Shown one piece after another: positions 11,301 to 27,612 of a stretch of DNA of 64,000 bases. A model generated the notes under the pieces. The model was not told the DNA's origin, searched no databases, and was given only the letters and a program-made list of their open reading frames with translations. Within the stretch, counting starts at the first letter, position 1. Every line of letters begins with the position of its first letter. A program made the position numbers and the translations under genes. This stretch comes from Raillietiella orientalis (Eukaryota), in assembly GCA_036172245.1 (NCBI GenBank), contig JAYWIR010000001.1:4526001-4590000 (forward strand). Reading direction: 5' to 3'.

Positions 11301-14300
11301 GCTGTTGATGTTGATGATAAGCTGGCATCCTAAGGTTTATGTTACAAAACTGGATTTGAGTATTTATTAGCAATTTCTTCATGTGTGATACATCTCTCGA
11401 GATTTTCTTAACACAAACTTTCTCAATTTCCGAACTGTTGTAACACTCAAAAAAATGATTTCTGTGTCCAGTCTTTTCACTTTGTTTTGGTGCTACTGTC
11501 ACTAAACTTAAATTGTGTTTAATATGAATTTGAAGTCAATAGGAAATATTGTGTGCCCTGCCTTGAATTATAATTTGATTGGAATTTGAGCAGCTAGGAA
11601 TTTATAGTATTATAGTATGTACTGTTTGTTCCGTAAAATTGTATTTAGCTGTTTATTTTAACATATTGATTTATGTATAATTCCATATTTTACAGTAAAA
11701 TTTGTTTGTAATATAAATAAAGTGTTTGAAGCTATAGGGTTTGATGGAATTAGATAGTTTTCACCACTTCGTGGTCCATATTCATGTGATCATTCCACCT
11801 TCCCTCTTTGATATTAACAACGCTTAAATCGATGTAATAAGTTCTAGAGCTTTTAAAATCATGAAACCAAAGTGGAATTAAAAACTGTGTTGCTCAGTCT
11901 TGTTGTGTAATCTAATAAGTGGTGGACTGACCACTGTGTTAAACATTGGATCTTTAGAAACATAACTGTGTGATATTAACACCAAAATCTCAGTTTAGTT
12001 ACTCTCTCCACAGACTAGCGATTTTAAATAGCAATTGCTTATAAACAAAATGGCTTTTATTGAACAAAAAGTCTTAGTATGGGTGAAATAAGTGTACACG
12101 CAGAAAAAGAATGGTTATTGTTATTAGAAACTGAAGCCCGCTTCAATAGAAACGTTGATTAATGATCTTTGAAATAATAAAATTTCAAATTTAGTTCCAT
12201 GGCACCCAGTTTTATGTAACGCTCTTTTAGTTCTTAAAAGTTTACAAAGTGATCCGTATTTCCTTTATTTTTTTCCTGATTTCGTTAGTCATGAACGCAT
12301 TAGGCCTTGGTATTCTTTCGTCTACTTTCGTATTCAATTCTATGTTGCTGCCCTTTCTTTGGACTCTGTCGGTTTCGTAGAAAATGCAAATCGCATTGGT
12401 AATTCTGTTAGTGAATATTAAGTTTTCATTTCCTTAATTAGCTATTAGAGATTGAGAATTTTCGTGTATGGTTGTAAATCTTGCATTGAAAAAAGTAATT
12501 TTTCAGATTTTTATGTCTTGTGGAGAAGGATTCATTCTACAGAATTACATAGTTGGACAATTAGACGATGCTTGATGGACTGCAATTGGCATCTTCACAT
12601 GTAAATCAGTGCATGCAGACCGAATTTTGAAATACGAATTCTATATTATACTCTAAACGTAAAGTATACAGAATACGTTCTTCGAAATTATGTAAAATAC
12701 CTTAATGTTTTAGTGAAGCGAAATATCTGTCGTATGCGGAATCTCTATGGAAATTTTGATCAGTATGTGTTAGTACTGCATTGAGTTCTTTTGATGTCAT
12801 CTCTTGCCTTGTGTTTTGGTAGCAATTTTCGCATTTCTTTTTCTTGAACTTGAACTGCTTAAATTATCCCATTCGTTCTGTGGTGCTCGCCGAGTATTTA
12901 ACAAGACATCCAAGTTTGTGTTCCATTTTGTTTTTACATCTGATCATTGGGACATGTAACGGTTATCCAGGGTATTCCGTTTGCAGTGATCCTTAGACGC
13001 TGTGTTTTAGATGAATTGCAGCTTGATGTTTTGGAAACGCGTTGCAGAGGAGCACAAACTTTGTGAAATACGCAAGATCTCATGCAAAGATTTCGAAACA
13101 GGGTTTGGCCGGGCAACTAACTTGGGGAAACTTCGGAATCGCTTTAATTATGGTAGTTTTGCGTTGGCAGATATTTGCAAGTGAAGGGGGGGTGGGGAAA
13201 AAAACCCATCCACACGAAATAATCAGAACGAAGAGATGGGAAAATAAGAGCTGGCTGTAGAATTTTCCAAGTCCCGGAAGTTTTCTAATCCTCTATTTAC
13301 TTGGCTGCCGTTGCTTCATCCTGCGTGCTGGCTCGTTCGAACCAGAGTTTAAAGCCGAAGTTATAAACCGAAGTTTTCGAGTTTCGCTCTAACGCAGGAC
13401 TTAACGAATTTAGGCATGAATTTGTAATTTTGATGATTTAAGAAGTGGCCGGACATCCTTAATTTTGTGTTCTGTTCTCATATATTTGCAGAACATTGAT
13501 TTCGGGCTTTCGTTAAATCAGAGCAGCTCAGTAGCGCCCATTCGAGACATACACTTTGAAGCCATGGTGGTCTTTGATCTTGGGTTATGAAATCAGTAAG
13601 TCTTTTCGATTTGTCTCCTTGAAAGTGTAAATAACGGAAGTACACGTTTGGGTCTGCTTCAGCTTTGTGACGAAGCGTGGCGCGAAAGTCGAGTTTTCCC
13701 GCGTGCTAACGTGCCGGGAATAAGTTCGGGATGGTGAAAGCTCTTTTCGTAAGGAGAAGGAGAAGAAAAAAAATTCTTCATCCGATTCATCCCGATACGT
13801 ATTCAAATACATATATATATATATTTACACTCCAATGCAATTGTACACATTCTGTTGTGGTTTCCTAGAGGTGCGAGTCTCCTCGAGCTCTCTTTGGGAT
13901 GATGCGATCTGTACGGAAAGTTTTTCATTGCCGACACTGAGGGCACTTTCGTGGTTTACCGAGGAAAATTCGACTCGGAAGTTTTTCAGGCGAGCACCGT
14001 ATAAGCGCCGCAGTGGCCATCGGGGTTTGCTCCTCCCCCCTGAAGATTCTTGATGGAAGTTTTCGTACCGACGTTTCATTCCGGAGAGGAAAGAGCATGC
14101 CGATGCGTGCCGTGCTTCTTTTTTTTTTTTTTCTTCTTTCACGTTTTTCAGGCCCGTTTAATTGATTTGTGTCTTCTTTCTGTACACCATCTTGTGGAAC
14201 ATGGGATTCGCATGCCCGGAAGATGCTGTGCAATGAATTTGTTTCGTTTTTGTTCTGAGATTTCGATAATTCCCCGGGGGAGGGGGGCTTACCTGGATTG

Positions 14301-17300
14301 TGAGCTTCAGTTTCTTCAAGTAAATGACTCGTTGGTCTTGTGTACAAACATGCAGTGAACTGCCATTTTCGGTATTTTGTTTGTACATCAGCAGCGTACC
14401 AAATATTTGCTACCTCATTGTTTGTGGTCGTCCATGGTAGCGGGTTAACTAGAGTGGTCAGTGCAACCCAAAGTTGCTCCGAATATTTGTGATTCCAGTT
14501 GCAGAAATTTCGGGGGAATAAGGTGATCATCGATTTTTCAGTTTAGGGGCTGCAACGAGTAAAGGCGAAATGTTTGGTTTCTCCCAAGATCACACCAAAA
14601 GACTTTTGGGGTCCGTTCCTCTGGTATTCAGTGCAATTATTATACCCGATGTGATTATTATTCGTGGCAGTTATTATTTGTTTCAGATCAGCAGCGTTGA
14701 CACGTCGGTCATCAAATTTTTGCTTGAAAAAGGGGCGACTGGGGATGTCCCAACGAATGTGCTGCACAAGAGTGAGAAGCCTCGCTCGATGTGTAAACAT
14801 TATTTTTCTGGGTTGCACTCTGAAAATTGACATTTCGAAAACGGAGAAATCTTTGGGAAGATCATTGTGTTTAAGTAGATTGCAAAATAGCATTTCTGAT
14901 TATTACTTTACTGTAAGTTATAGGAGGTGCTCTGTAGGCATCTTGAGAACATCACCAGTTTACCATTTAGTTCCTATCTGAATTCCAGGAAAAGCGTGTT
15001 CCTTTCTGTGAGGGAGTGGTACAGTACCTTAGCCATAGGTAGACGAATTTGAAATTCGGAGAAAATGCTTTGATTGTACGCATGTGTACCTGTGCACCTG
15101 TTTATCTACATCTTTGTCTTCTTAGCGTGCTTTGTTTAGAATGATCACACACAACTCTGTATCCTTGAGGGAAAAAAAATTGGGCCAAATCCAAAATTCC
15201 AAATGCAGTCGAATGTGTTCTGTAGCTGTCAAATGGAGAACTTTGCAACTTCTCGTGTTGTTCGCTTATGTAAAAAAAAAAAAAAAAAATTCCTGTAGGT
15301 TTATTGATTTACTATTTTTTTCCTGTGATGAATGGATTCTTCTCTGCAGTCCTCATGCATGAAGTTTGTCGTTTCTTTGGCGTGTTCCTCTTTGATACTT
15401 CGACGTCCTCTTCGCTGTTATTGCTGTGAATTTCATTTACAGTAATAATAGTATCCATCACACCAAAAATGGGCCTTTTTAAATTGTCTTGTTCCTGTTT
15501 ATGGTTTTCAGCACATCAAATAGCGGCTAAAATTTTTTTACCAAGAATGCCATAAGGAAGTTTATTCGATTTAGATTACTTGACGCCTTGGGGTCACATT
15601 GATCATTAAGAGATGAAACAGTATGCGTTGCAGGGTGTTTTGTATTATTTTCTTTCACAAAACAAGCGATACATCACATATATTTGCTTCCGGACTTGCG
15701 TTTTTCTGGTACCGCATATTTGTTTTAAGGTATCCTGTTATTGCCTTACTTCCCTTACCGTTTGCTGTTGACTATTCAGTGGGAGCAATAAATGATTGAC
15801 GTTGAGTGAAGCTAAAAGGAATTTTGGTTCAATCCAGTCATCTTATTGCCAGATTGGTACTGAGGTTCGTTAGTTGTTTTCCGTGTCAAAAGTCATGCCG
15901 TCTTTGCAGACAAGAACGGGAGTGATTCGGCACCGTGCACTCAATCGAAAATTCCAGTGCATTCCAGCATACTCGTTGTTTGCATTGGGTTTGATTTTAG
16001 GCAGCTCAGCTTTCCATGCTCATGCTCACACTGAACGAGCGTTATCATCTTCAGACGCTTTCCCGCCTCCAGAAAATTTCTTACCTAGCAGTTTCCTGGT
16101 CATCGGAGTCATCTGTGTATCGTTACTTGTTGGCGCGTGTTGAGTCGCCCGGGGGTAGTGTGGCGTCAAAGGGCAGTAGAAGATGCTTGCGTCGAGTTTT
16201 CCTTCGGAATTGTGTGTAAAAGTAACGTAACCTATCCTTCTGTCCGCGCCTCAGATTTCGGATTTGAACGTTGTATTGCATTTTGAAAACTGTTAGATCG
16301 TATGTGAAGGTAAGCTGGAATCCGGTTTGGCACGGAATCGTGTCCATTCCGGTCAGTGGAAATCAAATGAAACGGTTTGCCACGAGCCTTTTTGAATCCA
16401 ATTCGCAGGAGTCTCCTTGGTTTTTTTGTTAAGGGAAAGCCTTGAAAAGAAGGCATCCCCGACTGCGTGGAAAACCTACCAGATTCGTATCCAGCAGTTC
16501 TGATCTCTTATTTCCAAATGGACCAAACGAGTGCCTAGCACTCCCTATTGCTTACAGACGTAAAGAACGTTCACAATGTACTCTGCCTGCCTTTATTTTC
16601 CTAGTAAGTAGTGCCTTGCCGATTTATTCTTTATTTGATGTACCTTTTAAAATTGTGTGCTTGTTCTTCGTGTTAGTAAATGGCAAGTGAATGCTCATCT
16701 GGTCACCGTTTCCGCCGTGAAATAGTCGCCGCGATCACCCCGGAATTCCTTGTATGACTTTATGCACACCTTCAGCTTTTGAAGGTTTTGGAAAAATTCC
16801 GATGCTTCGTACTGCTGAAGCCCGCCGTGGTACTTTTCTCATGCTTTCATTTCTCAGAGCGAGCACGAGAGCCCTTCCATGGAAATCGAAACATCTCACT
16901 GTCATCACTCCGAGGTCCTCCGCCGGTGCCCATTCGTGAATGTATTCGGGAACGGGGAATCCCCTTGTCTTTCTTGCGGATTTCCCCCCTTTCACGCCCT
17001 CAGTGCTACCGTTCTGAGGGTGTAGCTGCATTTCATCTGCCAAGGAGGTGAAGTGGAGGAAACGAAGTCTGCAAGGATGAAAGTGAACTTGTTCTCGGCG
17101 GTGTGGACCCGATGTACGACGGGGTTCATGCCATACCGGTACTTTGTGCAGTTGACAAGTGTTCGTGCAAAACTGACCCCGTGTCCAAGTCATTGAATGC
17201 GTTTCTGAAATCAGCCTGTTGGGTCCACCCGCAGAATGGAAGGGCGTTGTGAAGAGAATTTATCCACGTGGGTAAATCGCAACGCTGTTGTTGACCATCG

Positions 17301-19282
17301 TTTTTCAAGTGGTTGTTTGTACATGAGTGAAACGGTCTGTCCACTTTCATTCCTGTGCTGTGGTAATTAGAGAGTCCAGAAAGCTATTTGCTTCGCTTTT
17401 GAAAGTGTTGTGTAATCTTGTCGTTTTTTGTATGGGCAAACGGGTGCTTTATCGTAAACTAGAGTTACAAGTGCGTTTCGGTGTGTCATTTTATTTTGCG
17501 TAAGCATCGACCTAAGTTTCCTTTTTCGTATCGGTCGGTCTCTCTCTGCTTGTGGCCCGAATGAGAAGTGACCGTGGTGACTTCTTTCCGGGCATTTTGC
17601 GCGATGTGTTGTCACATCCAGTGGTATTACAAGTGGACTTTTGGGAGAAATGTCGACATTTTCTTCACTTTTCTGTCTTGTGTGCTTTCATTCGTTTTTC
17701 TTTGGATGGAAAGTATTTGATTTGCCATTTTTTCAGCGGGCAAATCAAATACTTTCCATCCAAAAACCGAAGCGTAACCAAAGAAGGACGCGGATCCATT
17801 GAAAAAGTGGGCCTGTGTCCAATGTTTCGGTTTTCTGTACGTACGTTCCGTGTTTTTTTTCGTGTTGTTTCATCACAGCAAGTGCATTGCGTGCGCGCGT
17901 GTGTACACTTTCTTTGCCATGAATAAACGAAAGCGTGGCCTCTCGAGTCCATTCCAGTTTCAGATGAAAGCATGTTGTGGACCACACGTGTTCTAACAGC
18001 TGGAGACCTACACACTCTCAGATAAGAAATTTCCTTTTGATTTGTTTTTTCGTCCCTTAGTGCCAGCAAGGGTGCACAAAGCAGACTTGTTTTTTTTCCA
18101 TTCGTACGTTTTATGTATTCTGCGACCATCGACTTGTCTTGTTCGTTGGGTGTTTTGGCTCCAGGAGCTCTCAAATTTCCAACGTGGTTGTGGCAGTCCT
18201 TGGCTCCTCCTTGGCAATCCGTTCAAAACCGTGCTTTCTTTCCCTTCTTTCTTCTTCTTCTTCCGATTTTCAGCAAACGAGTAGGTAATTCTTCGGCGGT
18301 CGTGATCGACAGAACTGCATTTGTGCTCACCACCAGTCTGGAAGTGTTCTTTGTGATTTTTGGAAAGGTAACCTTAGCCGATCCTCATCGCGAGGGTTTG
18401 TGCTTCAGGTTCCCGTTTCGTGAATTCTTAAAACCTGTCAAGGTACGCTCGCGTACGATTCCTTTCCTTCTAAAGAGCGTGCGTGAAGTAAAATTTCCAC
18501 GGATTTTCTATTGCGGCATCAGTAGGGGCATGAACGACACGTGCTACGTAGTTTCCAAAAGATAAGTGTACTCGGCGCTCATGTACTTGTGTCTTCGCGA
18601 TTACAAGTCGATGCGGATGAAGAGAGCACGGTCAATGTGAAAGCACAAAGTGATTTTATTTTTCATCTCGATGAAGGAGTTGTACTGTACTTCCATGAGT
18701 TTCCCTAAGAGAAACAGTGGATCTCAGATTGGCAGGAAAACCTTTATAACACGAGTAGTGCGTGTTGCAAAATCTGGAAGTTTTTGCTGATTCGCGAACT
18801 GAGTATGGATGTCGAAGAAAAAAAAAAAAAATGCTCCCGGCACATTTTCGATTGGGAAGTCCTTAATTACCCTGACTTTTGTGCATACGTGAATGCAAAA
18901 GATGACAGTCCGTGGCGCCCTTTCCGTAAAGAATAGGTTAAAGTGTGACCCTGGCACAGGAACGGAAAACTGGGTTGCTTGCTGGTCGTTGGTATCGTGG
19001 GTTCTGCGAAAATTAAATTTCCTAAGGTCGGACGCACGGGGGCGGAGGCATTTTTTTTGCAGCTCATATCCCATATATATCAGAAGTTTCAAAAGTACAT
19101 CCGTGATTGCTCTGGGCTCCTTTTTTAAACACGTTTACGAAACATCAGATCCGAAATTCTGAAATCTTCTGTAGTGATGCATTTCTTTTCGGCAGCTGCG
19201 TTTCCGAGCGGATGAAGTTTGCAGTCGGTAAAGTTGAACGTCTCGTTTTCCGTACAGTCCGTACATCTTTCGGTGTATCTCC

Positions 19283-19306
19283 ACACACACACACACACAC
19301 ACACAC
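19283..19306. repeat. (CA)n microsatellite
   Basis: Visible dinucleotide run. Confidence 0.9.
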
Positions 19307-21678
19307 CGGTACACATAATGTGTGCGCGTCTGAACACAATCAAGAAGAGACCTCGGTTACGGGGACAGAAAAGAGCGAGGGAACCACGAGACAGGGTTGT
19401 ATGTGAATTGTGGTTGTATATGAAAGAGCAGGCGGAAGATGTATACTCCAAAATAACCATGAGACAAAGACGAACTCTTGTGTAAAGAGCTCCGTATGTG
19501 TGTTTGGACGAGGCAATCTTGAAAGAATTGCGTTATTTTCTGCTTCGATTGTGTTTTCGCTGTTTCTTGCGTGGATCCAAACGCTCTGAGTTTTCCAAAG
19601 GAACAGATTGCAAATTCTCTCATATTTTTCGTGCGCGGTGATGCACATAGCTGCTCCCACTACGATCTCTCTTTTCCTCTATTGCGAGACCTTTTGCGAG
19701 AAGCTCAGAAGTTCTTGTACACGAAGCCTCGAGCACAGCGCTTGTTTCACATCGACGAATATCTAACGATCTAAAAGCGCCTGCTGCATTGGAATAGAAG
19801 GGCATGAATGACTGGGATGGCCCCAGTGCAAGCTGTTTCCCTCGTTGGGAAACCATGCAAGTGATCTGGATCGGTGGAAGATTGGATTCATAAGTGCAGG
19901 TACTCTCTTCTCCACCGCATCTAATGTCCACATCTTGATGCCCGCTGGTCTGTCGAGGACTTCGGAACCGGAATGGTTTGAACGCGGAATGCAATCCTAC
20001 CTTGGATAAGCAAACAAACGACCACAAAGTTACTTCGAACAGAGATGGGAATGAAGGTTGCATGTTTCGTGCTTTCCACCGTCTCACTAGATTCCATCTT
20101 GCAAAGAGAGTTATTGTAATCCAACGGATCATGTTCGGCGATTATCTGAATGCACGTTTTGTGTGTGTTAAAGAAATTCTTTTGGATTTCGTGGTACACT
20201 TCAGAAATATGTGCGTTGCTTTATAGTGAGAGGGAAGTAAAAATTAAGGCAACTCCTCCTTTGCCAGCTCCGGTATTCTATGTGAAGTACAAGGCGTACA
20301 GAGGATTCGTTTGGATCTTTCAAAGGTTCCTTGCATCTTTTTGCATTGGACACGTGATGTAACGACTGAGTCTACCAGATTTTTTTTTTTGTCCACGTTC
20401 CTCAGGCCGAAGACATGTTCAAGGATCGAGTCCAAGCGAACTTGCAAGTGATTTCGCCAGTGCACGTGTCGGCTGTTGGTGCTTGCAGATGCCATCAACC
20501 GCGAATCGAAAAGCGTTGCTTGTTTTTTTTTTTTTTTCCCCCAAACAAAGTACTTGTTCTTCACCGCATCTTAGGTTTATCTCCTCATCTTCCAGCCTCC
20601 CCCTTTTCGGGTTTTCATGTGTGGGCTTTGAAATCTCGTGCGGTCCTGTGGTTTTGTTGCACGCGATTTTTCTGTGCACTTTTACTTCGGTTGGGATCTC
20701 TTCTCAGCCTCTTGGCGAAGGTCGAAGTCGTGATTTCGGGGAGAATCGATAAAGCCTACAGGTTCTAGCAGCTGTCTCTTTGAACCATAGAAAACGTTGC
20801 CATATCTAAATCACTGACAGCATTCCAAACTTGTAAAAGAATTGCGACTATAAGTAGGAATCAAAAGGTGTTGATTGGTACATGTGAATTGCTTTCAATT
20901 TTCTTTTTGGATTACAATTCTTAGAAGCGTAAGCATCCAATGGCAATCATCCTCGACTGCCGGCTTATTGTGGAATACAGTTGTCATAAGGTGTGCAACC
21001 TTGACCACATCTGAGGGCATTAATTTTCCCGTGCTAATGGTTTGCATACGGAAATCCAGAATGGGTGTCATTTCGTGATATTCTTGCAGGTTTTTGTTTG
21101 CTCGGATCCCGCGACGTGTACAGATCGATTAAAAGGTCAAATTTCCAGTACAGCGGTTGGATAGTTTCGTATACCTATCATCTTAACTAGGAGGTAGGCG
21201 GAACTCACAGTTCAGAGAGAGCCATGCCCGGAGGTTCGCTTTATCTTTTTTGGAAGTGTCCGTACAGAGAACGTCCGGCTTTTAGAATCGGAAGGAATAG
21301 ACGAGGTGACTGCGATTGAGAAAAATAGGTCCTAACCGCAGACTCAGTGCGAAAAGCGGCAGCTTAAAGATTCGTGGGCTCCCGCGAATCGATCGGATCT
21401 GTTCCTTGAAACCTTTTCGTTCTGTGGAAACTCACATCCTTCCTCAGCTTGAAGAATCGTCAGAATCACTCAGCTCGCACGTGTTTTTTCAGACTCGGCC
21501 TCTAAGATGTGCTCTTTATTGTCCGAATCCCTCCTGGCTTGTCTGCGCCTACGGATCTCAGATCTCGTCGCAGTTTCCAATTCAGTTCGGGCATCGAGTC
21601 TGCAGTGGGATGTCCAAAAGTTCAGCGAGGAGTGGTTGACGTGGCCTTTACGCCCCTCCACTGGCAACCACTTTCTTT

Positions 21679-21686
21679 CCGGAAGT
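21679..21686 (+). promoter_or_regulatory. ETS-type motif CCGGAAGT in the presumed FAM76 promoter/5'UTR region
   Basis: Exact motif in a CpG-rich stretch about 800 nt upstream of the FAM76 ATG. A splice acceptor (ttttag, 22476) just before the ATG suggests an upstream non-coding exon. Confidence 0.3.
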
Positions 21687-22492
21687 TCCGTGTTTCTACG
21701 AGTGTGGCTAGATTTTCGGTAGTAATTTTCAGAGCTACACTGCTGCAATGACCACGCGGGGTAATACGGTTTCTACTGCACGTTTTCGAACACTATACAG
21801 TCACTCGTCCAAGCTAAGGGTAGGCTGCAATAAGAATCTGTTGGCGCTTCAATCACGATGGCAATCTGTTTGGAACACGTCGGCAGAAGTACAGTAGGAG
21901 GCAGCATTTAGAAAGAAAGAAAGAAAAACAGGCTTTGGCGACTTTCCTCTGGTGATTCCTTTTGGTTTTAAGACACTTTGATGGTTTAATCAGTTAATGT
22001 AGCACTGGGGAAAAGAATCCGATTGCAAACCGTTTCCAACTATAACCCCAATAGAAATCCGTCCGTGCACAAACTAGAAACGTAACTACCCAGATGTGCC
22101 TGCATTTGCATTCGAATAATGTTACATCTCTTTTTAGAGGGTTTTTTTTTCTTTTTTCTTTTTTTTTGAAAAAAAAAAAAGGAAAAAAAATTTTTTTGAG
22201 TCACACATATCTCCAGTTCCTGCTTTTGTGATTGAAGTCAGTTAGGACGGGTGATTTGTTGGGATAAAGGACCAGTTCTATCCGCACCCACGCTGACGGA
22301 TTCAGTGATTCGTGTTTTATTTTCAAGGAAAAGTTTTCATTCGAATCTTTGTTTTTGATTTTTAAGGAATCTCCCCCCCCCCTTTTTTTTTTGTTCGATT
22401 TTTCCGTATTTGGTTTTTAACGTGCTTGTGTTTTGCATAAACTTCCCTTTTTTGAAACAGGAATATATTGTTTTAGGTTCGTATGAAGCATT

Positions 22493-24281
<1,789 letters not shown>

Positions 24282-25307
24282 CATCCAAAGTACGTGCGGA
24301 AGAGAAGTTTTCATCATATGTTTTTTATCTTTATAAGTTGAGATATTTATTCAGAGAATTTAGAGCATAATGAATTGCCCAGCTGATTTTTCTAAGGAAA
24401 AAATAAAATATATGAAAACAAAGTCCTTGGTACAGCGTACAATAATTGTTGCTATAACACTTTTTTTATAAGCGACCCAGAACAACACAGTTTGTTGTAG
24501 TTAGGCTTTCAGAACACACCTATTGAGACACGTGCTGTCGGGTGTTTCTTGCAGATGTTTCTCAACACCGAGGCTCACTTAGGGTCAGTTCCATCGCACG
24601 TTTCCCATGCACTTTCAAGCACCTTGCTGTCCTCCAGCGAATACACTCATGACCCACGCGGTGTCCAAAATCTTGGAAGAGGTTGCCCTTTATAGCTTTC
24701 TTTCGAAATTCCTAGTGCGACCATTTTTTAAATAAATAAATATATATATATATATACACTTTCGATGCAGAAATGCCCTCAAATTCACAGATGGTAAATG
24801 CCTCTCGTCTGCATTTCTTATTATCATATTTAATTTATGATGTTTATGATGTATTTTGTTTCTGCACCTTTGTGACAGGTAGGGCACGTGTGTCATCCTC
24901 AGATGGCTTTTTGGTCTTTAATCTGTGGATCCACAGCAGTGGTTTCATTGAAATGAGGATGCTCTCTCGCCCGGTGCGGAGTCGCGTCTGCATGCCGCAA
25001 GTGGAACTCCGTTTGGTGAAGAAGAAGAAGCTTTCCGATGTTGCCTTTTCATCACGTCTTAGCATGTAAATGGGTGTGATGGTAGTATTCGGCACTGAGG
25101 AGCCGAACGAGTAGAAAGATGCTGGCAGTTCACTCTGCTTTCCTTTGGTTCTTTCCATTTGCATCCGAGAAACCGTAGCTTCAGGGTAGCGACTCGACGT
25201 CCATTTGACATCCATCAGCGTCTGTTTGTCTAGTCGGAAGTTTTTTTTTTTTTGCCTTTCGTTGAGATGTCACGCTGCTCAGTTTCCAGGGTTAAATCTT
25301 CGAGATT

Positions 25308-25343
25308 TGTGTGCGTGTACGTGTGTGTGTGTGCGTGTACGTG

Positions 25344-25389
<46 letters not shown>
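25308..25389. repeat. Compound (TG)n with a duplicated GCGTGTAC unit, then (AG)n
   Basis: Visible in the sequence. Confidence 0.9.
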
Positions 25390-25391
<2 letters not shown>

Positions 25392-27576
25392 CGTAAAGAT
25401 CATTCTGTGAAACTCCGAATTTTGTTTAAAATGCAGTTTATCCATAAAATTTCAAAATTTCACCTCAGGATTTGTTTTCGATTTCAGATCCGAGGATCGG
25501 CGAATCCCAGCATGGTTTTTTCCCCGAATGCCAGATGTCGCGAAGACTCCAGCGCTCGCGTCCAGATGTCAGGGTCGTTTGCGAGCCGGTCCCCAAACCA
25601 GGTACGTCCTTCGTTCCCTGCACAGGTCATGATTCACCATTTTCGAAAAATTGCAGCCAGTGAGAGCGACGAGTTTTGTGATTTCTCCACCCAGGTTAAC
25701 GGCGGGTGCGTGACAACCCGTGACAGCAGTGGGGCCCGAATGAGGACTCCCCAACCAGGTTCAAACTCCCCTTGCTGTTCCCTGAACGCGCGCAGCGAAT
25801 ACGTGACGCCTCGCACGGATCCCAGGGATCACTGCTTGCCCTCGCTTCGCTTTTGGTCTCTTTGAGTGGTGGCACCTGAGGTGTTGCTCCCATCAAAGGA
25901 TCTCCCGCCCACGGTTTTCCTGTCAGTTGCGTCCTTGATGGCTACTCGCAGGCAGTGGCTGAACTTTTGTGTGAGTGATGGTTTGCTTGTGATTCACGAA
26001 ACGTCTCTTCTCGGGGAGGGTTAAGTGGGCGTTGCCTGTTTTTCCGTTGCTTTGATTCGGAGTGCGTCAAACACGGAAGTACGCATTGTATCAACGTGAA
26101 GTATTTATCCTTGTATGACTTCGTACGCGTGCGTTGGATTTTTCGTACATGCTTCCATTTTATCAACAAGGGCGGTTCCTGAGGTGGTTTCTTTCCCCGG
26201 ATCGGTCCAATGCTGTGTTTTCTTACTGCCCCGTTCTTTGCACTTTCATGAACTCTTTCGTGCCGAAAGACGGAGCAAGCTGGTGCTGCCACACACTCTG
26301 GCCGCTCTTTCGGCAAACGGGGATGCACGGAGTGTAACTGGGAGTGTTTCGCTGCTCTGGCCCCTGGCGTAAGTGAGAAAAAGAATGTGTGGTAACATAA
26401 TTTGGAGACCTGCGTCTTTTGTAATACGCTAGAAAGGCTAATCGAAAGAATCAGGAATCCATGCACCTAAGAAGAGAATTTGAGGATTGGGATGCTTTGG
26501 AGGCACCAAGCAGTGAACTCGGCTCCCCGTGCTCGTCTCAGCGGAAACACTTCGTCGACACTGACGAATGTTCCGCCTCGTTTTCGAATTTCTCGTTGAG
26601 AGGTAACAGAAGCAGACACACATATTGGGGGAAGGGGGAGGGAGGCAAGAAGTCACACATGCTGGTAATAAGGATAACGGGAACACGTGTCAGAAAGATC
26701 TTCAGTATTCAGGGGAAATGATGGAACCATTCGGCGTAAAAGGATCTTTTAGTAAGGGGGGGGGGGGGGGGAAGATGGTTGGAACAGTTTTTGCGCACGA
26801 CTCCGTTCGTTCTCAAAACGAGCGCTTTTTCTCTTTTGAATTGACGGTTTTTGTGAATCGAAGCTTTCGGAGAAGCCGAAGGTGTTGCACTTTCCAGATT
26901 GTTTTTTTTTTTTTTTTCAAGATTTTTTTCTGCGTAATTTATTTGGAATGCTGCCATTCTCTTTGCAACAGAAGAGTGCTGTCCGCGCGAAAGCCACCAT
27001 TGAATGTGATTTCATTATAAACACAAGGTTTGTACACGAAAACCTGCAAACAGCGCAAGGAAAAGTTCTGCGAAAGCTTTGCAACGGTCATCGATATCCC
27101 TTCGGAGAAATCGCTTCCAGGATGGTGTCTTCGTTTTGTCTCTACCCAGTTACACGTGGTGGTTTGCGAAACTTTCGAAGAAGCCCTACAACTGCTGCTG
27201 CTCCTGGTCTGTCGAGGACGAAGACAAAGACAATTGTCTTCGGGTGTTCTCAGCTGATATTCAACCATGTTCCGCCAATCCTTTTGCATCCACGCTGCAG
27301 ATGACATAACGTCTGCGCGTGCCTGCTTGGTCCTTCAGGGCCATCAGATGTAGCCGGTTTAGCCCAGTCCACTCGCCGAATTTGGGTGTAGGGTGGAGGG
27401 GATTCACATTCGGAGGTACTCACATTACCGGGATAACAACTGTGGTGGGCATTAAGAGGCACTCGATGAGCTTCTTTGCGATCTGCATCCTAAGGTGTCC
27501 CAGGGTGTCGAATTCCGTCATCCTCCAATCGGATAAAATTTTGCGAGTGCGGAAAAGACTTCGCACATTACTGAGG

Positions 27577-27608
<32 letters not shown>

Positions 27609-27612
27609 CGTG
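27577..27612. repeat. (TC)n(TG)n microsatellite
   Basis: Visible in the sequence. Confidence 0.85.

Noticed and set aside
5953-15400. Box C-like RTGATGA motifs (near 5954, 7043, 8705, 15324) as snoRNAs
   Set aside because: I found no properly spaced CTGA box D or terminal stem.
24844-27570. Candidate minus-strand gene (ORF 24844-25215; open segments 27570-27429 and about 27370-27265)
   Set aside because: Acceptors lack pyrimidine tracts (purine runs, a GAG acceptor) and there is no recognisable homology. Worth a look only with RNA-seq.
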